A stretch of 64,000 bases of DNA from Nitrospirota bacterium (GTDB lineage Bacteria > Nitrospirota > UBA9217), in NCBI GenBank assembly GCA_963741205.1, contig CAVUHW010000027.1, forward strand, positions 64,001 through 128,000, read 5' to 3'. Shown here in pieces: positions 53,796 through 61,892 of the stretch. The notes below the pieces were generated by a model that saw nothing but the letters and a program-made list of their open reading frames with translations, was not told where the DNA came from and made no database searches. A program made the position numbers and the translations under genes. Positions within the stretch are counted from its first letter, which is position 1, and each line of letters opens with the position of its first letter.

Positions 53796-54911
53796 ATGAA
53801 GAAAAATGATTTCGTTTTCGTCAAAAAGCGACTCGGTGTATCACGCAGAGACTTTTTGAAATACTGCAGCGTTATCGCAGTCGGGATGGGCCTCCCGTTC
53901 GAGGCTGGCGCAAAGATTGCCGAGGCTGTCGTGGCCGCGAAACGTCCTCCGGTCATCTGGCTCTCGGCCCAGGAATGCACCGGTTGTACAGAATCCCTTC
54001 TCCGTTCCTCGCATCCAACTCTTGACCACCTAATCCTCGATCTTATCTCTCTTGACTACCACGAAACGCTCAGCACTCCTTCCGGCCACCAGGCTGAAGA
54101 AGCGAGGGCGGCGTCGATCAAGGAGAACAAAGGCAAGTTCATTCTCGTTGTGGACGGCTCCATTCCGGTTAAGGACAACGGCGTTTACTGCATGATCGCC
54201 GGGAAAACAGCCTTGGAATCTCTGAAGGAAACAGCCAAGGATGCGGCCGCAATCATCGCTATTGGCTCCTGCGCCTCCTGGGGTGGAGTTCCGTCGGCGG
54301 ACCCCAATCCGACAGGAGCGACTCCCGTGCATGAGATCATTAAGGATAAGCCCATAGTTAATCTTCCGGGGTGTCCGCCCAGTCCCTATAATTTTCTCTC
54401 CACTGTACTCTACTTCCTTACGTTCAAGAAACTGCCGGATCTCGATGACAAGGGAAGGCCGAAATTCGCCTACGGAAGGCTCATTCACGAGAACTGCGAA
54501 CGTCGGCCGCATTTCGATGCAGGACGGTTCGCCACGGAGTTCGGCGATGACAACGCCCGGAAGGGATATTGTCTCTATAAACTGGGCTGTAAAGGGCCCG
54601 AGACATTCAATAATTGTCCTTCCATCCTGTATGGCGATGCCGGATCCGGAGCATGGCCGGTGGGAACGGGGCATCCCTGTTTTGGATGCAGCGAGAAGAC
54701 CATAGGCTTCAATAAACCGCTCTTTGCCAAGGCAAGCCTTCATTTGGTGACGCCGCCCGATACCTATCCCCATATTGTCGAACGGCAGGGCGCGGGCATT
54801 GGCGCCTCTCTCGGCGGAGTGGCGGTCGCAGCCGCAGCAGCAGGCGCCGCCTTTGCGGCGGTGAACACGGTCGCCAAGAAACTCGATGATAAAGAGGATA
54901 AGAAGAAATAA
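53796..54911 (+). CDS. hybO: Hyd-2-type [NiFe]-hydrogenase small subunit (Tat substrate, C-terminal anchor)
   Basis: SRRDFLK; QECTGCTES, GSCA, PGCPP, HENC, CLYKLGCKGP, HPCFGC. Confidence 0.93.
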   Translation: MKKNDFVFVKKRLGVSRRDFLKYCSVIAVGMGLPFEAGAKIAEAVVAAKRPPVIWLSAQECTGCTESLLRSSHPTLDHLILDLISLDYHETLSTPSGHQAEEARAASIKENKGKFILVVDGSIPVKDNGVYCMIAGKTALESLKETAKDAAAIIAIGSCASWGGVPSADPNPTGATPVHEIIKDKPIVNLPGCPPSPYNFLSTVLYFLTFKKLPDLDDKGRPKFAYGRLIHENCERRPHFDAGRFATEFGDDNARKGYCLYKLGCKGPETFNNCPSILYGDAGSGAWPVGTGHPCFGCSEKTIGFNKPLFAKASLHLVTPPDTYPHIVERQGAGIGASLGGVAVAAAAAGAAFAAVNTVAKKLDDKEDKKK

Positions 54912-54931
54912 GGCCACGGGAGAACTGACCT

Positions 54932-55883
54932 ATGGAGATCAAGAGAAGAGATTTTTTCAAAGTGGCATCAGCGGGAGGGGTTCTGCTCGCGACAGGAGCC
55001 GGTCCGGCCCACGCACGTGAGGCGAAAACCCGGATCAAGGATGCCGTGGGCATGCTGTACGATTCCACGGTTTGTACCGGATGCAAGGCGTGTGAGTCGG
55101 CGTGCAAGCAGTACAACGATATGCCCCCGAGCTTTTCCTCAAACGACAAGCTCTGGGACAATCCCCTCGACGATGACGCGAAGACGTTGAATATTATCAA
55201 GCTTTATAAAGACGGCTCCGGTGCGGTCAAAGACCGTGAGAAGGATGGTTTTGCATTTGTCAAGCGGCAGTGCATGCACTGTGTGGATCCGGCCTGCGTG
55301 TCAGCCTGTCCCGTCTCCGCCTTGAAAAAAGATGAAAAGAGCGGCGTTGTTACCTACAACAAAGACGCCTGCATCGGCTGCCGGTATTGTCAAATCGCCT
55401 GTCCGTTCAATGTCCCCAAATTCGAGTTTGACAAGGCGTTCCCGCAGATCCGGAAGTGCCAGCTCTGTTCGCATCGGCTGGCTAAAGGACAAATCGCCGC
55501 GTGCGCCGAGTTCTGTCCAACAGGTGCAAACATCTTCGGCAGGGTGGAGGACCTTCTTGCGGAGGCGAAGAAACGGCTGACGTATACACCGGGCGAGTAC
55601 CGGAAATACCCTGTTGTACGGGTTGATGGAAAGGAGATGACCGAGCGCCTCGTGACTCCCTATGTCCCGCACGTCTACGGCGAACAGGATGGCGGAGGCA
55701 CCCAGGTGTCTGATTCTTGCCGGGATCCCTTTAGAGAAAATCGGGCTTCCGAAGCTCGATCCCACGCCGATAGCACAGCGTTCGGAAACAATCCAGCATA
55801 CGATTTATAAGGGCATGGTCGCACCGATCGTGTTCCTGGGCGGCCTGGTTTATCTCGTTCATAAGAACTCGAAGGATAAATAA
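54932..55883 (+). CDS. hybA: Hyd-2 4Fe-4S ferredoxin subunit (indel ~55705)
   Basis: RRDFFK Tat; CTGCKACESAC, CMHCVDPACVSAC, CIGCRYCQIAC; SETIQHTIYKG. Confidence 0.93.
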
Positions 55884-55904
55884 CTTACGCTTGAGGAGAG
55901 AGCT

Positions 55905-57086
55905 ATGTCGGTAGAAATAAAACCAATTGGCGGACGTATCATGACAAAGCCGTTCATTGTCCTCGTGGGGATGGCCCTTTTCGCCGGTCTGCTCGTGCTC
56001 ATCCGGTTTATCTTCGGATTGGCGTCGGTCGCGAACATGAACGACGGCTTTCCCTGGGGCATCTGGATCGCTTATGATGTGGTCGCGGGCACGGCGGTCG
56101 CCTGCGGCGGATATGCCATGGCGCTCATGGTCTACGTGATGAACAAGGGCGAGTACCATCATTTGGTGCGGCCCGCGCTGCTTGCCAGCATGTTCGGCTA
56201 TACGCTGGCAGGTGTTTCTATCTTCTTCGACGTCGGACGGTACTGGCAGGCATACAACCTGTTTCTGCCGAAGTATGCGAACTTGAACTCGATCATGTTC
56301 GAAGTGGCCTTTTGCATCACGACGTATATTTTTGTCCTCTGGATTGAATTCATCCCCGCCTTTCTGGAAGGGCTGAGAAAGCATAAATCCGGTCTGCCGA
56401 AATTCGTTCAGAATTGGGACTTCACGGGAATCGAAAAAATATGGAATAAGGTCCTGTTCTTCTTTATCGCTCTCGGTGTGCTGCTCCCGACCATGCACCA
56501 ATCCTCACTCGGCACGATGATGGTCATCGCGGGCCCCAAGCTGTCGCCGCTGTGGCAAACGAGCCTCCTGCCGCTTTTGTTCCTGATTTCGGCCATCACC
56601 ATGGGATACAGCATTGTGATTTTCGAGTCCATCTATGCGGCCCATGGGCTGAAACGTCCGATGGAAACAGCCATGCTGTCCAGGCTCTCGGCGGTGATTC
56701 CCTGGCTCCTCGGGGCGTTCCTCATTCTCAGGTTCGGCGACCTGCTCGTCCGGGGGGCCTTCGGCGCCTTGTTCTCTTTTAACTTCATCAGCTTCATGTT
56801 CGTCGTTGAAAATGCCCTGTTCATTTATGCCTTTGTCGTTCTCTTGCCGCCTGAGAAACGGACCAAACCGCGCACGATGTTTCTGGCCGCGACAGCGCTC
56901 CTCCTGGCCGGTTCCGTGTATCGTTTCAACGTGTATCTGGTCGGTCTGAGCCCGGCTCCGGGGTGGCACTATTTCCCGTCTTTCGGGGAGGTAATGGTGA
57001 CTTTCGGTCTGATCGCTTTCGAAATTCTGGCTTATCTGTATATCGTTAAAAAATTCCCGGTGCTTCCCGCGGCCGAGCGCGCATAA
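55905..57086 (+). CDS. hybB: Hyd-2 NrfD-type membrane subunit
   Basis: PWGIWIAYDV, DVGRYW, LPTMHQSSLG, YRFNVYL. Confidence 0.93.
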   Translation: MSVEIKPIGGRIMTKPFIVLVGMALFAGLLVLIRFIFGLASVANMNDGFPWGIWIAYDVVAGTAVACGGYAMALMVYVMNKGEYHHLVRPALLASMFGYTLAGVSIFFDVGRYWQAYNLFLPKYANLNSIMFEVAFCITTYIFVLWIEFIPAFLEGLRKHKSGLPKFVQNWDFTGIEKIWNKVLFFFIALGVLLPTMHQSSLGTMMVIAGPKLSPLWQTSLLPLLFLISAITMGYSIVIFESIYAAHGLKRPMETAMLSRLSAVIPWLLGAFLILRFGDLLVRGAFGALFSFNFISFMFVVENALFIYAFVVLLPPEKRTKPRTMFLAATALLLAGSVYRFNVYLVGLSPAPGWHYFPSFGEVMVTFGLIAFEILAYLYIVKKFPVLPAAERA

Positions 57087-57112
57087 AAATTTATCCATAA
57101 GGAGCGTCGACA

Positions 57113-58812
57113 ATGTCAAAGAGAATTGTAATAGATCCCATTACACGTATCGAAGGTCACCTTCGGATCGAGTGTGAAGTCGACAACGGAAAAGTGTCGA
57201 AAGCTTGGACTTCGGGCCAGATGTGGCGCGGAATCGAAAACATCGTCAAAGGGCGCGATCCACGGGAAGTATGGCTGTTTACTCAACGCATCTGCGGCGT
57301 CTGAACGTCTGTCCATGCCCTGACCTCGGTGAGGTCAGTCGAAAATGCCCTGAACTTGGAAGTGCCCCTGAACGCGCAGTATATCAGGAACCTCATTATT
57401 ACGGCCCATGGGGTCCATGATCATATCGTTCATTTCTATCATTTGGCGGCGCTTGACTGGGTAGACATCGTTTCCGCTCTCAAGGCGGACCCGAAAAAGG
57501 CTTCTCAGCTCGCGGAGAGCCTTTCTTCCTGGGACCAGAACTAGTACAAGCATTTAAAGGAGGTACAGGACCGGCTCAAGACTTTTGTCGGAAGCGGTCA
57601 GTTGGGCATCTACGCCAACGGATATTGGGGACATCCGGCGATGAAGCTGCCGCCCGAGGTCAATCTTATCGCAGCGGCGCATTACCTGCAGGCGCTTTAT
57701 TTCCAGCGCCGCATCAACATGGTGGTGACCATTCTCGGCAGTAAGACACCGCATATTCAGAATCTTGCGGTCGGCGGCGTCTCCAATCCGATAAATACGG
57801 ATAATCAGTCTGCGCTCAATATGGAGCGTCTCTATTACATAAAGACGCTCATTGACGAGGTAGGCAGCTTCGTCAAGAACGCCATGCTCGTCGACGTGGC
57901 CGCCGTTGCGGCCCTGTATGCGGACTGGACAAAGTACGGTGCAGGTGTTACGAATTACCTTTCTGTGCCGGACCTCCCGATGGATACCAAGGGGACGAAG
58001 TTCGCCCTGCCAGGAGGTTATATCCCGAATGGCGATCTCAGCAGTTTCCAGCCGATCAAGAGCTTTGACGACGCCTTCTTTAAAGATGGCGTCAAGGAGA
58101 GTATCAAGCACTCCTGGTATAAGGGTGACTGGAACAAGCATCCCTGGGATGAGACGACCGACCCGAACTATACAGGCATGAAGTATGACGACAAGTATTC
58201 CTGGGTAAAGGCTCCTACGTTCAAGGGCAAGCCGGCGCAGGTCGGGCCGCTGGCGAACGTCTTATGTATGTACGCGGCAGGCCACGCCGGTGCAAAGAAA
58301 TACGTCACCGATATGCTTGGCACGATCAGCGCAATAGCAAAGACCCAGGTTGGACCCGCAGCGCTTCACTCTACCATAGGACGCATCGGAGCCAGGGCGA
58401 TTCGCTGCGCGATCCTGTACGATGAACTCACAACCAGTGGAACGCCCTTATCGCGAACATCGCAACGGGCGACGTGAAGACATTCAATAACCCGGTATTC
58501 CCGAGCGGAGAGATCAGGGGAGTGGGCTTCCATGAAGCGCCCCGCGGGGTGCTCTCGCACTGGTCCGTGATCAACAACGGAAAGGTGAAGAACTACCAGT
58601 GCGTGGTGCCGTCGACTTGGAATGCGAGTCCACGGAACGGGGACAGTGCTCCCGGACCATATGAGGCGTCGCTGGTCGGAACGCCGCTGGCGGACCCGGA
58701 AAAACCGCTGGAAGTCCTGCGGACGGTCCATTCCTTCGACCCCTGCCTTGCCTGCGCTATCCACATGGTCGATGCAAAAGGCAGTGATATTGTAACGGTC
58801 AAGGTGTTGTAA
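57113..58812 (+). CDS. hybC: Hyd-2-type hydrogenase large subunit; in-frame TGA at codon 64 (candidate Sec), in-frame TAG at codon 144, indel ~58430
   Basis: [14 protein letters not shown][TGA][46 protein letters not shown] plus C-terminal extension. Confidence 0.9.
57320..57338 (+). promoter_or_regulatory. Candidate bacterial SECIS element
   Basis: Perfect 8-bp stem CTGACCTC/GAGGTCAG with GGT loop; loop starts 23 nt after the TGA at 57302-57304. Confidence 0.6.
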
Positions 58813-58838
58813 GAACTGTTTGCTTGAATCGAGAAACC

Positions 58839-58889
58839 AGCCCTCTGCTCCCGCAGACAGCTGTCCCCGGGGCAGAGGGCTTTTTTTTT
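58839..58889 (+). terminator. Rho-independent terminator between structural and maturation genes
   Basis: AGCCCTCTGCTCC...GGGGCAGAGGGCT + T9. Confidence 0.8.
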
Positions 58890-58907
58890 AGTAGGAGGCA
58901 TTTTTTC

Positions 58908-59405
58908 ATGTCTGAGCCGACCATCACCATCATGGGCTTGGGAAACATCCTCATGATGGACGAAGGCATAGGTGTACACACCATCAGGAGGTTTCTGGAG
59001 CGCTATTCGGTGCCGGGGCACGTTGAGATCATCGACGGTGGAGCCGCAGGCCTTGACCTGCTCCCGTTCATCGAAGGCCGCGAGAAACTGCTGATGGTGG
59101 ACGCAGTCAACTTCAATGAGGCGGCGGGCTATATCGGCGTCCTGGAGAACGACGCCATACCCGCCAAATTCAGTACGAAGGCTTCCCTGCATCATCTGGG
59201 TCTTCTGGATGTCCTTTCGATCGTCAAGCTTTCAAACGCTCTGCCGAAGGACATCTGTCTCATCGGCATTCAGCCCAAGAACATGGAACTCGGCCTTGAC
59301 ATGTCTTCGGCTATGTGGGATAAAATGGATGAGCTCATCGAGCTCATGGTTGCCAAGCTGCGGGAGTGGAGTGTTCCATGTGCCTTGCTATCCCCTCAAA
59401 AGTAG
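58908..59405 (+). CDS. hybD: Hydrogenase maturation endopeptidase
   Basis: GLGNILMMDEGIG, IDGG, VDAV, SLHHLG, IGIQP. Confidence 0.92.
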   Translation: MSEPTITIMGLGNILMMDEGIGVHTIRRFLERYSVPGHVEIIDGGAAGLDLLPFIEGREKLLMVDAVNFNEAAGYIGVLENDAIPAKFSTKASLHHLGLLDVLSIVKLSNALPKDICLIGIQPKNMELGLDMSSAMWDKMDELIELMVAKLREWSVPCALLSPQK

Positions 59406-59926
59406 TTTCCATCAATCACGGTATGGCCACGATCGACGTATACGGCGCCCGAAAGGACGTTAGCATCATTCTCCTGCCCGAGACGCCGAGACTGGGCGAT
59501 TATGTGCTGGTGCATGCCGGCTTCGCAATCCAGTCGATCAAAGCGGAAGCTTTTCAGACAGGCGAGATCATGCACGAGTCATCTATCGCACACAGCATTC
59601 TTGAAATTGTCGATGAGCAGTGCCGCGAACAAGCCTGCGCTTCGGTCACTGCGATCACGGTGAGACTCGGCAAGGCGACCGGAGTGATGCCCGAGGCGCT
59701 CCAATCCGCTTTTAACACGCTCAAGGAAAACACCGTTGCGAGGAACGCCGTATTGACCTTTGAGGTCGTTCCCGTCGGAGGGAGCTGCCATGCCTGCAAC
59801 AGAGACTTCGACGTCCCCGACATCCCCGATGCCCACCTGGTTTCCGCGTGCCCGCTTTGCGGGTCCGTGTCCTTCGAGATCAGCCGCGGCCGGGAACTGG
59901 AGATCATGGACATGGAGCTCAACTGA
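59378..59926 (+). CDS. In-frame HypC(HybG)-HypA(HybF) fusion
   Basis: MCLAIPSKV..GDYVLVHAGFAI continues without a stop into MHESSIA..CHAC..CPLC..GRELEI. Confidence 0.8.
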   Translation: MCLAIPSKVVSINHGMATIDVYGARKDVSIILLPETPRLGDYVLVHAGFAIQSIKAEAFQTGEIMHESSIAHSILEIVDEQCREQACASVTAITVRLGKATGVMPEALQSAFNTLKENTVARNAVLTFEVVPVGGSCHACNRDFDVPDIPDAHLVSACPLCGSVSFEISRGRELEIMDMELN

Positions 59927-60022
59927 CGGAAAGATCATTTTCCGCGGACGAACTGAGGGTTCGAAAGACAATGGCCCGAATAGTTACCGACCATAACGAT
60001 ACCGTCTGTTTAGAGCGCCGAT

Positions 60023-60430
60023 ATGATAAATTCGACTGTTCATAGAAAAGAGTTGCATGAAAAAGATGATTTCTTGTCCGTAGACCACATCATAGAGCAA
60101 CTGCGAAACGAAGGCTACGAAATCACCAAAAGGACCTTCCTCTATTACGTCCAACGAGGACTCCTCCCCAAGGGCACCAGAAAAGGTTACGAGAAGGGGG
60201 GGGTCCAGTTCTCGTATCCCGCCTCGACCGGCTCCCTCATCAAGATAATATTCGAGCTGAAGGCTAAGGGCCACAGTCTGAACGGCATAAAAGAATTGCT
60301 TGAGGCCCTTCGGAATTACCCGGAGGGGAAGCCACATCGTTCAGCATCCGCGGAAAAGGGGAGGAAAACGCCACGGGGTTTGTTTCACATTTCGCCGGGA
60401 AAGCGGGGTTCGATCTTCTGGACATGGTGA
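60023..60430 (+). CDS. MerR-type HTH domain; probably the N-terminus of a fusion with HdrC
   Basis: ITKRTFLYYVQRGLLP..Y..LIKIIFELKAKGHSLNGIKELL matches the MerR HTH pattern. Confidence 0.7.
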   Translation: MINSTVHRKELHEKDDFLSVDHIIEQLRNEGYEITKRTFLYYVQRGLLPKGTRKGYEKGGVQFSYPASTGSLIKIIFELKAKGHSLNGIKELLEALRNYPEGKPHRSASAEKGRKTPRGLFHISPGKRGSIFWTW

Positions 60431-60951
60431 TGCGGCAAACCCCGGGAGGCGATGCCTTGAAATCATGCTTGCAGTGCGGCACTTGCGGCGGTTCGTGCCC
60501 TTCAGCGGCCGACATGGACTACACGCCGCGCCAATTGTTTTCCCTGCTGAATGCCGGTCTGGCCCGCGAAGTGCTTTCGAGCAATACGCCCTGGTTCTGC
60601 GTCTCCTGTTATTACTGCACGGTGAGGTGCCCCCGGCAGATACCCATTACGGAAATCATGTATACGCTAAAAGAGCTGGCCGTGAAACACGGCCTGATGA
60701 AAATCACCGACGCATACGATTTTTCAAAAACCTTCGTCAATATGGTCGAAAAATACGGAAGGAGCTTCGATTTCGGCCTGTCGCTCCGGTACCATCTGAC
60801 ACACAACTCCATGAACGAGGACTCCTGGGGGACGTTGACCGTGAGGATGTATAAGAAGGAGAGGATGGTGACGGGGCCGTCGAAGATCAAGGATATCGAC
60901 GGGCTCTTCCGAATTCTGGAAAAGGCGAAGCAGATCGGGGGCGGGAAATGA
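60424..60951 (+). CDS. hdrC: Heterodisulfide reductase subunit C
   Basis: CLQCGTCGGSCP..MDYTPRQ; WFCVSCYYCTVRCP. Confidence 0.9.
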   Translation: MVMRQTPGGDALKSCLQCGTCGGSCPSAADMDYTPRQLFSLLNAGLAREVLSSNTPWFCVSCYYCTVRCPRQIPITEIMYTLKELAVKHGLMKITDAYDFSKTFVNMVEKYGRSFDFGLSLRYHLTHNSMNEDSWGTLTVRMYKKERMVTGPSKIKDIDGLFRILEKAKQIGGGK

Positions 60952-61892
60952 GGTACGCGTTTTATCCGGGATGTTCATCGGAGCATCTTGCGTCCGCGTA
61001 TCAGGATTCATGGAAGCAGGTCGCCGATTTATTTAAAATTGAACTCTCCTCCATCCCGGACTGGAACTGCTGCGGGGCGACCGAATACAGCTCAATGAAC
61101 CGGCTCGGCGCCTATGCACTGACAGCGCGGAATCTGGCCCTCGTTCCCGGCGGGTGCGATCAGGTAGTCGCCTCCTGCAGCGCGTGTTATCTGAATCTGA
61201 AAAAAACGGACAAGGTCATGTCCGAGCATCCGGATGTCGAGCGCGATGTCAACTTGGCCCTCTCGGCCGGTGGGCTCAACTACACTCCGGGGAAGTTCAA
61301 AATCAGGCATATCCTGGACGTCATCATAAACGATATAGGCCTTGAGGTCATCAAGGAAAGGGTCTCATCACCCCTCACGGGACTCCGTGTGGCCCCCTAT
61401 TACGGCTGCATGCTTGTCAGGCCGGGCAACGGCTTCGACCATCCGGAATATCCTGTTATGATGGACAGGCTGCTTTCCGTGCTTGGGGCCACGGTGGTCG
61501 ACTATTCAATGAAGGCCTATTGTTGCGGTGGCCACATGCCTCACATCAAGGCGATGACCGGATACGAAATTTTAAGGAGAATACTGAAGGACATCCGCAA
61601 CAAGAGGGCCGATATCATCGCGGTGATCTGCCCTGTCTGTCAGGTGAACCTGGATGCCTACCAGGACGATGTCAATAAAAACTTCGGAACGGATTTTAAC
61701 ATTCCCGTCCTTTTCTTTACACAACTCATGGGGCTCGCCCTCGGCATGACACAGGAGTCCATGGGGATCGGAAAGGAACTGGTATCCGCCCATGAAGTTT
61801 TGTCTGTCAAGAGGAAGACGACGGCTGTCGCCTCTCAGCCTGAAAGACCGGAGGAGGGCCTCCCTATGCCGGATTTGAAAAGGGGAGAATAA
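60948..61892 (+). CDS. hdrB: Heterodisulfide reductase subunit B
   Basis: FYPGCS, DWNCCG, CSAC, YYGC, CCGG, CPVCQVNLD CCG domains. Confidence 0.93.
   Translation: MRYAFYPGCSSEHLASAYQDSWKQVADLFKIELSSIPDWNCCGATEYSSMNRLGAYALTARNLALVPGGCDQVVASCSACYLNLKKTDKVMSEHPDVERDVNLALSAGGLNYTPGKFKIRHILDVIINDIGLEVIKERVSSPLTGLRVAPYYGCMLVRPGNGFDHPEYPVMMDRLLSVLGATVVDYSMKAYCCGGHMPHIKAMTGYEILRRILKDIRNKRADIIAVICPVCQVNLDAYQDDVNKNFGTDFNIPVLFFTQLMGLALGMTQESMGIGKELVSAHEVLSVKRKTTAVASQPERPEEGLPMPDLKRGE

Noticed and set aside
57556-57566. Strong SD (AAAGGAGGT) after the TAG, suggesting a split large subunit
   Set aside because: No start codon at a suitable distance; it is explained by Lys-Glu-Val codons
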